Assembly: GCA_025786725.1 (NCBI GenBank) | Contig: JAHLTZ010000033.1 | Coordinates: 124,001-188,000 of the forward strand | Reading direction: 5' to 3' | DNA length: 64,000 nt | DNA from: Syncephalis fuscata S228 | Lineage: Eukaryota; Fungi; Zoopagomycota | In this document: positions 1 through 12,425 of the stretch, in pieces | Layout of the letters: each line of letters starts with the position of its first letter | Position numbering within the stretch: position 1 is the first letter of the stretch | Translations under genes and position numbers: made by a program | Notes under the pieces: generated by a model | Databases searched by the model: none | What the model saw: the letters and a program-made list of their open reading frames with translations, nothing else | Told to the model about the DNA's origin: nothing

Positions 1-1466
1 GTGCACGAGTGTATTTTACGCGACGCGATCTACTCGAGGCTGCACCCGACGATCCAGTACGTGCTGCAGAAGCTCGCGTACAGTGGTGTCGCTTTATAGG
101 CCAAGTTTGCCGCGCTTGCGGGTTGTATCCTTTTCCAGCCAAATTATATAATGCCAACTAGCTGTCGTATCTATAACTTTAACGTATGCGTAGCCCGCTG
201 ACAACGACCTCGACCGCTATGATGTTATACCATCGATTCTATGCTGTTCATTCATTAAGTGCATACTCGCCACAGGCAAGTAGGCTGGCCATCCCTACAA
301 TGTGTCTGCTACTTACTCACAGTATACTGTAATATTAGGATGCAAGTGTAGCATGTATATTCGTGGCGTGTAAAGTGGAGGAAACATTAAAGCGACTAAG
401 AGACATTCTGGCGATTGCTTTGCAACTACAGCGCAAAGATAATCAGCCTATTGATATGGCATTACCGGTAAGTAATGGATTTATTTAACATTAGATATTG
501 TGTACGATATGCGTAAATAGGAATTTGAGTCACATCGTCAGAAAATCATCAACTTGGAACGATTAGTGCTGCAAGCACTATGCTTTGATTTCAGAGTTCG
601 TCATCCTGGTGGCTATGTAATCAAATTTGTTCAGCGATTACAGGGTAAGTATTTTGCTAGCACATAGAGCATCGTTGGGTATGGCAATTAATAAGCAAAC
701 CAATGAATTGTTTATTATTAGGCAGCAAGGAATTGGCGTATAAAGCTTGGACTATGACAATAGAAAGGTACGAGACATTTGTTAATTCATCATTTACTTA
801 TTGCAATATTTCAGCTTCTTTACAACCTTGCCATTACAATACCCGCCACATTTAATTGCTGTGGGAGCCGTTGAAGTTGCACAGTTAGTCTATCCAAATC
901 TTCGATTGTTACAACGCCACGGAAAAAAAGGCAATGCTTGGTGGAAATCTTACTACTGTCGTCGAGCAGATGTACTTGGTAGGTAGAAGTATTGGTAGAA
1001 TGCGCGCAATGTATTAATAATGCTATTGTTATAGATGTGTGTCTACAATTAGTTGACTACTACTGCGCCAATAACACCAATGAATTATCCATTTATCAAG
1101 CTGCACGTGATCGTATTCAACGACGTATTGATCGCGCAGCAATGCTAACAAAACGACCCGCTATTGAATCACGAAATGGTAATACAGCTTTGATATTGAT
1201 TATATTATAAGAGTATGCTAATAAAAAACATAGATGCCGATGCTAAACGACAGCGTGTACTGGCTGCTGGTAAACAAGATACTATTCGCTATGTTGTACA
1301 CCCGCAACAACTAGATATGCAAGACTCTGATGTATTAGGGACACGCTCGATCAGCGGCTCAGTATCTGAAACTACAGCAACTATAGAAACAGTCACTCAA
1401 AGGATAGACGGCGGTGAGGATATTATACTTGACACAACAACACCAGCAGCAGTTATTGACACATAA
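1..1466 (+). CDS. Transcriptional cyclin (cyclin K/CTK2-like), 5'-truncated by window edge, ~8 exons
   Basis: Spliced translation gives ..YFTRRDL..F|PLTTTSTAMMLYHRFY..|DASVACIFVACKVEETLKRLRDI..|..LERLVLQALCFDFRVRHP..LQYPPHLIAV, a cyclin-box sequence. Introns include 125-193 and 276-338 (GC-AG). Stop at 1464-1466. Confidence 0.85.
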
Positions 1467-1729
1467 CCAGTGTATTAATTAGTTTAATATAAACGCATTT
1501 AATTATTAATAAAGTTAAATTAGTACAACATTAGTATAACTGCCGCAACTACTTTGTTATAAACACTTGTAAACACTATACTACATCGCAAAACAAATAA
1601 AATCAAAAGTATATTTGAGTAGATTATAGCAAATCGCTTTATTATATTCTGTTTCACCGCTTCAATCAATAGTAATAGATGTACATCTTTGTTGCAACAA
1701 GTTATTGCACAAGTAAATATACTCTATAA

Positions 1730-2500
1730 CTAATAACTGGCTGGAATGTTGGTCTTCTTGGTGCAAGGAGTGGTTTTCTTCTCTGTAGCATCAGCCGTAG
1801 CTGTAGCATCATACACAGCAGTCTTTGTAGCGTCAGCCGTCTTGGGCTTAAAGCCACATTTCTCCTCCAATGCGGCAAATATATCCTTAAAGCTGTTAAA
1901 TCCAAAGTAATAAAGCACAGGTGCCTGGTTACCATCTCCGTTAACAGCATCATATAAAGCACGAGTGCATGGACCGTCGCAATCCAATTCTGCTCTCCAA
2001 TCGAGTTCGTTTAATTTGTACTTCTCTACCATGTGTGGCTCCTGCTTAGACAATGCAAGATTTGCTGCTGTCGCGCCCATTGAGGAGAATGTCTCAATGC
2101 AGAATTTACCAGCCGTATTCTTGGTGCATGCAGCTTTAGCGGCTGCTTCATTAGACCACGCGACATAGACGTGAGAAGGAGAGTCTTTGGTGTTCTCTTT
2201 GGTTAGATTACAAGCACTGGTCAGCTTCTTCGAGCCTTCAATGCTGGCATTCATACAGTTTGGCGAACAGACTACATCCGGTGTGGAGAAGTACACACCG
2301 TTATTACGATAGCAAGATTGCAATTCGGAGGCAACATAGCTTACTTTGTTTACTTCAAGTTTGCACGACTCGGACTTGGCAGCTGGCAGATTATCTGCAA
2401 ACTTGCCGCCGCTTGCGTCCTGCGCCATAACATTAGCGGCCGAGTTGGCCAACAAGAGAAAGGCGGCAACGGCCAAGGTGGATGTTTGTGTTAGTTGCAT
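1730..2500 (-). CDS. Secreted cysteine-rich protein (256 aa), family unknown
   Basis: Intronless ORF with a hydrophobic N-terminal signal peptide (LAVAAFLLLANSAANVMA), 11 Cys and a Thr/Ala/Lys-rich tail. Confidence 0.8.
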   Translation of the reverse strand: MQLTQTSTLAVAAFLLLANSAANVMAQDASGGKFADNLPAAKSESCKLEVNKVSYVASELQSCYRNNGVYFSTPDVVCSPNCMNASIEGSKKLTSACNLTKENTKDSPSHVYVAWSNEAAAKAACTKNTAGKFCIETFSSMGATAANLALSKQEPHMVEKYKLNELDWRAELDCDGPCTRALYDAVNGDGNQAPVLYYFGFNSFKDIFAALEEKCGFKPKTADATKTAVYDATATADATEKKTTPCTKKTNIPASY

Positions 2501-5036
2501 GCTGTTAATGTAAAGTAGCTAGTAAGGGTTGGTTGTATTCAAAGAGAAGGCACACGAATAGTACCAAATATCTAATAAAAAGAAACGCTAATGGTTAGTT
2601 GTGCTATATCTACGTTATTAATATAATATGTTCAACTAGTACTGTTTTGTTCCATACAAAACATGGCCAATTACAGTCACATGGTGCCATGCCACACTTG
2701 TCTTTGTTCTTGCTTTTCCGAGCAAGCTGTTCATAAGTATTTCAAGTTTCACGCAGATACACGCACACGCACGCACGCACACACGCACCTAGACCCAAAT
2801 CAATAGGGGGAAGTAGATAGAGAGTGTGTGTGGCGTAGAATAAGGTGAATCAAGAGAATAATAGAATCGTCAATTGTAAGGTCGTAATATAGGTTGTTGC
2901 TGAGGCAACGGTTTGTTATCAAAAAGTAAAGGAGCGCTAACAGCGAAGCTGCAAGAAAAATAGATAAGGGGAGGAGAACGCCAACGACTGAAAAGTCGAG
3001 AATGTCAAATTTACTCACCTCAAAAGGCAATGCCAATAGGCAGAAAAGGAAACACAGAGCGGAGCTAACGGGAGTAATAAAGGAAAAGCAGTTTACAAAC
3101 TACAAGTAACAGTGTTGTGGATAAGGAGTATAACAATTGAAGTTAAATAATTTGAGCGCAAAATACGGCCGGCCGCAGACAATAAGTGATAGAGAGCGAG
3201 AGTGAGAGAACAGAGTATTGGGAAATAGCTGATGTGCAAAATGAGCGCAATATAAATTGCTCTATTTTTGAACAAACACGGGGGACACGCATGTACGTGT
3301 AGCAAGTGGGCAGTGTGCGCCTATGGCATGAATAGTATTGCTACACATGCCTGCTATAACTATTCTTACTCTAAACAAGCAGTAAGTTGAAACAGTGGCA
3401 CCCCGTGTCATTGCCATTGTAGTGACAAGTAAATGTGCGCTGCTAGCTATCGCCATAGCCAGCCGATCAGCCAGTGAAACTTGGCGTGCTTGTTGTCAAT
3501 CCTTCTCAGCAATAACAATAAATTGCTCACCTGTCAATATACACACACAGAGAGAGAGAGTATTTATGAAAAGACTAATTGATCAATAGCTATGACATCC
3601 AAAAAATGCAATAAATACAAGTAGAGAATGCAAAGTAAAAAGGGAATAACAGCCTATGCAACATACTTTCTGGCCTTTTGAAACTTCGTTGTCAAGACCA
3701 AACAGGAATGAGAGCTGTGCAAAGGCATGACTGAGGTTGATGTCAATAAAACGTATCAGTGTTATATCAAAGTCAATAAGACATTAATCGACTTGGCCGC
3801 AAATCCCATTGAAACAACGGCGTCTATTAATAACGCAGATCCACAAACGAAAGAAAGACTGCACGACTTGCAGTATGTCCGCAGTGACAGAACAAAGAAC
3901 AGCACGAACAAAGTCACGCCGAGTTATGCCAGGCAATGCCAAAGAAAGCTTTTGCTATACCGGTCTACTCTAATAATAATAATAATAATGCACACTGCGA
4001 CAATGCTTACCTGTATTTATAGATGAGCCACTTGTTGTACGCAGGTATATAGCTTTGACGATATAAATTCCAAGATTAAATGTGACGCTGTGTATTAAGG
4101 AAAAAAGCGAATAAGTACGGAAGAATTGGTAACAACAACTAGAACCTATTATAAGTAGAATAGGAATGGGTAATATGTCCACGTGGAACAAAGTATAGCA
4201 AGATATTAGCTGCCAGCAGTAAAAAAGAATATAGATGCGGTTCCATTATTGCTGAATCAAATGGTCACTATTTAACTAGGAAGTTGATGAGCGTGAATCA
4301 ATAACCTAAAATAGAATTGATTCTGTTGTTGCTAATGGTTAACCATCTAATTCAAGCGGTTTAAAACAAATAACCAGTTGCCATCTAATGGCACCCATAT
4401 ATACATGTTGAAAACAACTCGTAGGTAAAATTGCCGCAGAATATGCACGTTGGTATAATTTGTTTCAAAACTTTTGTACAATTGATCAACTGAGAGGTCC
4501 TCGTTGCTATATGTTATGACAAAACTATCCATTTTTGTGAGCATGATATATCCAGTAAATATTCCATGCATTGTTTCTATCTTTGCATAAATACTCGCTC
4601 AAGCAACAATTACCATATAAGTGAAACATAACAAGTTACTTTGCGAATAAATACGAGTTTAATAGCATGAAATTATGCAACAAAATGTGCATATCAGTTT
4701 TACCAATAATACACCAACTCAATAGAAGAAACGTTGCGCTATTTAGCCAATGTTGCTGGCTATTTTTAATAACGCCCTATGACTTGTCCATCTTAGAAAT
4801 GTATTCCTAAAACATTAATAGGAGGCTGTATCTGTAAGCAAAAGACGGGAATCCGTAGTTTGAGAAATAATTATCTATATTTAACTATTATTATTTCATT
4901 TCTGATTAAATAAATTATGAGTTAATTGATTCAACCTGCTATAATTTTATTTATAGTAAGTAATTATTGTTCAACATAGCATTGTACACAGATGAAAAAG
5001 TGCGCGTGTAGTATGTGTGTGTGCTAGACCTTCTAT

Positions 5037-6835
5037 CTAAGCAAATAGGCGCTTTTCATAGCTATACAGCCCATGAATACCGCCCTCAGCCTGGGCAGCT
5101 GGTGTACGGCGTTCGAAACGAACTGCACCGGTTTGCACGCCCTGTTGCAACTCAGCCAATGAAGACTGGCCAATATCTTGGAGACCATGTTGCAAGCCGG
5201 TAACGAGATATGGTACAAACTTGCGAATGCTACCTTTGTCGACCACGGCTCCTGTAACGCCCTGGGCCACTTTGACAGCCGAATTTTCGCTGTAATAGCG
5301 TTTCTGGCTACCGCTGTCGCCTTTATTGCATTCCATGGCATCGAGCGAGCCCATACCACGATAGCGTTTAAGGCGCTTGCCTTCGTGGTAGAAATATTCA
5401 CCGGGTGATTCGGTGGTACCGGCAAGTAGACTGCCCATCATAACGGCCGATGCACCAAGAGCCAATGCCTTTGTAATATGGCCAACATTGCCAATACCGC
5501 CGTCAGCAATGACCGGTACACCGAATCGTTTGGCAAAACGTGCCACTTGATAGACAGCTGTAGCTTGTGGACGACCAACGGCCATCACTTCTTGTGTGAT
5601 GCAGATACTGCCACTGCCCATGCCAATACGCAATGCATCAGCACCGGCTTCAATCAGGTTGGCTGCTTGTTCCCAAGTAACAACGTTACCGGCAACTACT
5701 TCAAGCTCCGGATGCGTGGCCTTGCAATAACGGATCATATCAATCTGGAACACAGAGTTACCCTGACTTGAATCAAGGATAACAACGTCCACGCCTGCTT
5801 CAACCAGCTTAGCAATGCGTAGCTTATCTTCATCACGAGTGCCAACAGCAGCACCGCACAGCAACTGCTTTGATGTGCTGCTCTTGGATGCAAGTGGGAA
5901 GCTTTGGTTCTTGAGTAGATCGGAACGAGCTACCAATGCTACTAGACAGTCTTGATCGTCGATAATTGGTAGCTTGCCTTTCTTGCTATTACGCAAGATT
6001 TGATTTGCTTCCTCTAATGTGGCACCCTTCTTGGCCGTAACCAATTCGGTTCTAATTGTCATAACGTCAGCCAACTTGGTGTTGCCATCTTCCAAAAACT
6101 GGATATCGCGGGCGGTAACAATGCCAAGAAGCTTGCCGTTTAACTTGCCAGTTTCTATACAACATAATTATGTATTAATTAGCCAATATTGCTTAATAAA
6201 ATATCGTATTAAACAGATTAAAAGCGATTATCATTATCATCAGACTGAAAAGACTCCCCACTGGACGAAACATCCATACTCGGAAGAACGAAAGTTATTA
6301 ATGGGAAAAATTCACTCATCATTTGAAAAAAGCATAGGCAAATAGACGATAGAGGATTATTATACTTACCGGTTATAGGAATACCACAGAAACCAAGACG
6401 TTCCTTGACATCACGTACAGTATTGACTGTATCAGCCGGCGAAAGTACAACAGGATCGGTAATGAAACCATTCTCGTACTTCTTTACTTGACGAACCATA
6501 GCTGCTTGTTCTTCCATCGAGCAGTTGTTATGCAGGATGCCGATACCGCCAAGTAGTGCCATAGTAATGGCCATACTAGCCTCGGTAACCGTATCCATAG
6601 GACTGGAAACAAATGGTACCTTTAGCGAAATCTTCTTGGTAAGCTTGCTCTCTAGCGTAACCTTGCTGGCTGGGAAGTTAATGAAGCCAGGTAGGATGAG
6701 AAAGTCGTTATAGGTGATGCCGGCATGTGCACGCGAGTCTAGTAGATCCACGGCCGATAGACCATCGCGGCCAAATTCCTTTAGCACTTCATTGGCCTTG
6801 GTGTAGTCAAGGATGTTTTCGGTGGGTGCGGACAT
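5037..6835 (-). CDS. IMD4: Inosine-5'-monophosphate dehydrogenase (IMPDH), 2 exons (6835-6370, 6154-5037)
   Basis: Motifs [19 protein letters not shown], catalytic loop [17 protein letters not shown] and YRGMGS. Intron 6155-6369 (GTAAGT..TAG) joins IT|[17 protein letters not shown] in frame. Confidence 0.97.
6236..6327 (-). ncRNA. snR54: Intronic box C/D snoRNA, snR54/SNORD59-type guide for 18S rRNA 2'-O-methylation
   Basis: On the minus strand: box C ATGATGA (6322-6316), D' CCGA (6283-6280), box D CTGA (6243-6240). The 13 nt before D' (AACTTTCGTTCTT) are complementary to the conserved 18S stretch AAGAACGAAAGTT. Confidence 0.88.
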
Positions 6836-7052
6836 CGTGTATATGTATACCGGAAAGGCAAGACAAAGGGCAGATATAGCCGTCAGCAATAGCACACAGC
6901 GAGGATAGTAAAGTAATAACGGGTCGGACAACGGGAACCAAAGCAGCTTAGAGGAAGTTGGCGCGTTGCCACTAGAAAAACAGCTGTGGCCGAAATGAGC
7001 CAGTATTTATGGGAAATCAGAGTAGGTGTGATTTTGCTTTTTCTTTTTCTTT

Positions 7053-7092
7053 TTTCGTCTACAGCGAAGGGGTTTCGTCTACAGCGAAGGGG
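7053..7092. repeat. Perfect 20-bp tandem duplication (TTTCGTCTACAGCGAAGGGG)x2
   Basis: Units at 7053-7072 and 7073-7092, between the IMPDH start and the TMA16 stop. Confidence 0.9.
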
Positions 7093-7248
7093 TTAGACCC
7101 CCGCCACCATTTGTCATCGTTACTATCACGTGTTCATATAGAATATACAATCATAACCAATTTATTGTATTCTACGCAAACAAACAAAACATCCTATAAC
7201 AACAGTATCACTACTGGCTACTGCAGTCGTATTGTTATCACTGTTCAT

Positions 7249-8166
7249 TTAAGCATTGCCATCGTCAATATTATCCAATACATTGTCCTCGTTAGTACCA
7301 TCCAATGCATCGCTAGCTTCATTATCGGCTGATAACATTCGACTATGAACACGCATCTTTCGTATCTGTGCCATACCATTGTTGTCTCCTTTCCATGAGC
7401 TGTAAAGTGTATTAAATGTTAATTATGTTAATTAATTTATTATTATTATTATTTAGCTGCTTTAATACTTACTAAAGTGTGTTTACATTTGATTCAATTG
7501 TCAGATCAGGAACATCTAAACATATAATTAGCTGTTAATTACTATTTAATTAAAAAATAGTATTTCAACTTACCAAGACCATTGCCTTGAAAATCAGCTT
7601 GTTCTTTAGTCTGTAATGACTCCAGCAAATCTTCACGAGCTGATTTTGGGCGGTTGCCATATTTGCGCTGTTTACGCAATCTTTCCAGCTCTTCATCATG
7701 TCGTTCTACATAACTATTTATATATACTGTTAATAAACATAATTATATAATAAACGCCAGTAACAACATACATGCTAACAAGTTCTAAAAGCTCCGACCG
7801 AGTAAGCAATTCACGTTCAGTATTCATCAGCATGTCGCGAAACCATAGGTAACGGTCCGCTGAAGTATACCATAATAAATACAGCCATTCAATTAGTCAT
7901 TAACGCATAAAGCATACTACTTTGTATATATGTTTACCTGTACGTCCAGAGCCTGCCACTCGCTCTTTCTTTTGCTGTGCCAGTCGATCAGTTCGCAATA
8001 ATGAGCGAGTTATCTGGTTGGCCTTACGGGAGTAAGGATGTGCAACATGCTTGGCCTTAATGTTCTTGAGCGTATGTTTTCGGTTGTTTGGCTACATTCG
8101 TATAAATTCAAAGCAGTGCATTAGCAATTACCACTATAATACAGTAACATTATGAATAGTTACCAT
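7249..8166 (-). CDS. TMA16: Translation machinery-associated protein 16 (pre-60S factor), ~6 exons, first coding exon is ATG only
   Basis: M|PNNRKHTLKNIKAKHVAHPYSRKA..DRYLWFR..RHDEELERLRKQRKYGNRPKSAREDLL..DVPDL..SWKGD; GT-AG introns; stop at 7251-7249. Confidence 0.85.
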
Positions 8167-8579
8167 GATGTTATGAATTTAGCAAAGATTAGTAAAGTAA
8201 ACTGAAATTTTTCTTTTTTTTGTAAATATTGAAATGTTATTTAGAAATTTGACTAATTAATTAATTAAAATGTTTGTTCATACAATGTACCATTCCATTA
8301 GACTGCAAAATTATAACAGCCCTTGCATTATAATTTAATTAAATCCGCAAATATTAATGCAACCGTTTTATCAACTACTAATTCAAGGTCATAGTTTCAA
8401 CAATGCTTTATTTACTGATCGTTGTATTTGTTATCAAACACATAGAAATATAGAATGTGGTTTAGCATGTGCCAGAATAAATTGTTATAAACTGAATATT
8501 AATAGTAATATCGTATGTATGTATATATATAAGCACCAAATTAACATTGCGTACAAATACAGCTAGCTATTATTACCGT

Positions 8580-9086
8580 CTAAAACGGCGCTTCAGATAT
8601 TTTCATATGCCAGTCCATTAGTAGATTGTCGACATTTAGCAATGATCTGATTGTATTTGATTCCGAAATAGCCGATACACACTTGGTGTGGTGATTTCCA
8701 CGCTTGGATTGTTGCTGACGCTTTTGTCTAATGGCATTGCCATTAGTAATGATATGGGGGCATGATTCAAGTGCATCAAGTAAAATAAGAGATAGATCGG
8801 AATCAGTCACAGGCGACTCGGGCATATTTGAAACGAGTGGACTGGTTGGCAGATCGGTACTCTCGACGCTTAAGTTCTCAAAAAGCATCCAGTCGTCATT
8901 GCCATAATTCTGGCTGGATTTGACCTGTATTAATTGCGGTTTTGCAAAACACGTTATCTTGACCACACGAGCAATATGCATCGATTCAGGACGACTACGT
9001 AATTCTACATCATAAACTGTGTCGCCAGCATGCCAGCATGCCTCTTGGTCAAATAGTAAAAAAGGCAAGCCTGAGTGGAGCTCCAT
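8580..9086 (-). CDS. Hypothetical protein (~168 aa)
   Basis: Open frame of 507 nt with higher GC than its flanks; no motif recognised; could be the last exon of a longer gene. Confidence 0.45.
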   Translation of the reverse strand: MELHSGLPFLLFDQEACWHAGDTVYDVELRSRPESMHIARVVKITCFAKPQLIQVKSSQNYGNDDWMLFENLSVESTDLPTSPLVSNMPESPVTDSDLSLILLDALESCPHIITNGNAIRQKRQQQSKRGNHHTKCVSAISESNTIRSLLNVDNLLMDWHMKISEAPF

Positions 9087-10226
9087 CAAGAAGAGTATTT
9101 GCTATATGTAGCTAGGCTGATGTGCGTTAAAAACGGTTATGCTAATAATGCGTGCGCTATTTGGTTGATTAGCGAAATGCTTGGAAAGTGGATAGATATG
9201 AGAATAGAGCAGAAAACAGATTTGCGTGATTTGCTAGCTAAAGAAAACAAATAAGAATAAATAAGCGTAAAATATAAAGCTTTGCCTACGTAACTGAAAA
9301 CTTGACAGTGCATCGGTGTATTAGACGAACAATCAACGCTTTATACCCACTCTCAACAACAAGGTGAAAGCTGTAACTGTGTTTAACTAAATGTTCCTGT
9401 GGTAACTCGGGTAATAGCTTCATTTACCGCCGTATTTCATTCGAAACATCACTTGGCCTTTAGTGCAACGTCGATTTTCAAAACGATGTATATACACGCC
9501 TAACTTTTGCCAACAGTGTCGCTACACTTGCAATCCCTATGAACACAAGAGTCTAGGGGAATAGGCAAACAACAAGCAATACTTAGTTAAAATATCGCCT
9601 ATTACCTGCAATGAAATCGCCTGTTCTTACTTCAGGTTACAGAAGTCATGTTTCAAGCGTTTATCATTGTATACATTCAACTATGTTCATTAATGTGTTT
9701 CTGTTTGCGTGCTTATCCGTTGTACACCCCCGTTACTCAATGCAATTGAAAATTAGTAATTTGAGCTCAAACAGGCTAATTGTTTAATCTAAACAAACAA
9801 TGCTACTAGCCTCCTGTCATTATACACCTGATAAAAGCAGTTTTATCTACAATACGCAGACACAAGCGTGGCTTTGTTTTAAATGGTTTTCATTTATAAA
9901 CACTAACAATAAGTTGCGCACATTACATATCTATGATTGCTTGCCCTATATTAACACACGCACTACATATGTAATTGTTTCTTTGCGTTGTTTAATAAAG
10001 ATTATCAACACTATCACAGTCTAAACATGTCTCTACTTGAATTCCTGTCAGCCAGGAGCAAACTGTTGAAACTATTTTTTTATTTTTTTATTGCACATTA
10101 ATAATATTTTTTTTCTTTTTACTTGCCACTTTTACAGTCTGCCCTATATCATTACTATTTCCGCTGTTTAGTGGTATTCTCTGCTATTACTGCCAACCTG
10201 ATTTGACTTTTATTTCACGCTAAGCC

Positions 10227-11378
10227 ATGGCCACTCAATATGCCGACGTAATGATTGATCCCGAGGCGTTGCAAGTCGTCCAGACCGCTGTCGAAGATAC
10301 AAGTATGGCGGTGGATGAACCAAACAAGCCTAGCTTCAAACCACTCAAAGCCGGATCGGCGAAGGTATGTATTGCTTATTAGAGGCAGGCTACTACGCAG
10401 ATAGTCGTAGGTATTGCTGGATAATAATGCCTGTTTAAGTACGGGCCTTGAAGTTAACACAAAACATACTGATGATTGCTATTGAATAGGGCGGTAAAGC
10501 AGAATCGCGTAAAGTAGCAATCCCACCACATCGTATGTCTCCATTAAAGCGCGATTGGCTTAAGGTCTACTCGCCACTAGTTGAACATATGAAACTTCAA
10601 GTTCGTATGAACATTCGAAGCAAGACCGTTGAATTACGAGTAAGTATTAGTATACGAATAGACACCATCAGTCAAGCGTATATATAAACATAACAAACAT
10701 AAAACTATTACTAATTATTATTAATATTTATTTATTTATTTATTATTTATTTATTATTTATTTATTATTAATTAATTAATTAACTAATAGACATGCAAGC
10801 AAACAACAGAAGCCAGCGCATTGCAACGAGGTGCCGATTTTGTTAAAGCATATGCACTTGGTTTTGAGATGGAGGTATGTTACAATATACTTATTACTTA
10901 CAAAAAGCTTATAAAACGATAGGATGCAATTGCATTGCTACGACTCGACGACTTGTATATTGATACATTTGAAATTAAAGATGGTGCGTTATTTTGCGTA
11001 GCATTGATGTCAATATAGCTTACCAAACTGACCCGTGCATATAACCATTAGTAAAAACACTTCAAGGTGATAATTTGGCACGCGCTATCGGCCGTATTGC
11101 AGGTAAAGATGGCAAGACACGATTCACAATCGAAAATGCCTCAAAGACACGTATTGTACTGGCAGACACGTAAGTCATCACACAAAACATAACGCATATA
11201 TCCTACCTGCTTACACTGCCTTTACATTTACTTTTGTAGCAAGATTCACATACTTGGTAGCTTCCAGAACATTAAGATTGCACGCGATGCTGTTGTTAGT
11301 CTAATTCTTGGTAGTCCACCAGGCAAAGTTTACAACACGCTTCGTACAATCTCGTCACGAATGAAGGAGCGATTCTAA
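10227..11378 (+). CDS. PNO1: Pre-rRNA-processing KH-domain protein PNO1/DIM2, 6 exons
   Basis: [96 protein letters not shown]. Confidence 0.96.
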
Positions 11379-11513
11379 GTCCACCAGCGTTAGAATTTTG
11401 TTTTTGTTGCGCGACAAAATATATATGTATGCCTGTCTGTCCGCTTGTTTCTCTTTTACGCAAAAACAATCGTTTCGTTTACAAAAATAAAACAAATAAA
11501 CAGCAAAAAGAAA

Positions 11514-11585
11514 TGCCCACTGCCGGGATTGAACCAACGACCTTTGGTTTACAAGACCAACGCTCTGCCACTGAGCTAAACGGGC
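11514..11585 (-). tRNA. tRNA-Thr (anticodon UGU), intronless
   Basis: GCCCGTT/AGTGGGC acceptor stem, TAGCTCAGTGG A-box, TTGGT-CTTGTAA-ACCAA anticodon arm, GGTTCAATC T-loop; T-run terminator downstream. Confidence 0.95.
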
Positions 11586-11721
11586 TATCAAAAAAAGCAC
11601 AAAAGCTTTATATATTCAAATTTTTAAATTTTGTAAAATCTACAGAAACAGATTTTTAGCATGCTACTTTACAGCAACATGCATTATGTGCTATAACATG
11701 CATATTGAGTCTTTCAGACTC

Positions 11722-12075
11722 TTATTCATTGTTCAATAAACATTGTAAATCTAATCGGTTACTAAAACTATAACTAAAGCAATATAAGCCAGTATATGGC
11801 TTTTTAACGTATTGTGTTATAGTAAATCTTATTTTTTATAACGCTATTTTGCTTTAGTTATAGTTTTAGCAACTAGCATAGAATATAAACGCTGATTAAA
11901 CAACAGCAAGTAATGTAAGTCATTACTTTTTTACTATATTGTTCTATAGTAGATTCATTTTTAGAACGTTATTCGTGTTTTAGTTCTAGTTTTAACAACT
12001 AGTACAGAGTACAAACGCCGTTTAAACAATGGCAAGTAATGTAAGTCATTATATGACTTTTTTTACTTGTTTGTT
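11722..12075. repeat. Degenerate ~126-bp unit: two direct copies and one inverted partial copy upstream of the tRNA
   Basis: GCAAGTAATGTAAGTCATTA at 11906 and 12032 (period 126); perfect 21-bp inverted repeat at 11762-11782 and 11849-11869. Confidence 0.8.
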
Positions 12076-12425
12076 GTCTAGTTATAATAAAAATAGCTTG
12101 TGTATACAAAAATAATAAATCTGCGTAAATATGCTGTGGTATATGTTTAGATATATGCTTACTGGATGCATATATAGTCAACGTCCGATATATGTCGTCT
12201 GTATGATATACACACAGATTATGGGCGCTTTTATCCAATAATTCAATCTCCTTACATCGCTATTTATTCCTACTCGTTTTAAGGCCAGATTGCAGCTAAG
12301 ACATGATTACTGCTGGTTATTACAGCAAGGAAATCATACGGCAATTCTAGCTTCATCATCTCATCACACAGCCGCTTATTTGCACAATATCGAGCCGTGT
12401 TTATTATATCGTCTTGGGTATAGTG

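Noticed and set aside
3727-4571. Short ORFs between the secreted protein and IMPDH
   Set aside because: No motifs or consistent exon structure
10367-10489. Longer PNO1 intron 1 with small hairpins as a possible H/ACA snoRNA
   Set aside because: No convincing hairpin-H box-hairpin-ACA layout or rRNA guide found
7053-12075. Short repeats as a possible CRISPR-like array
   Set aside because: Only 2-3 units with no unique spacers, in a eukaryotic context with no cas genes
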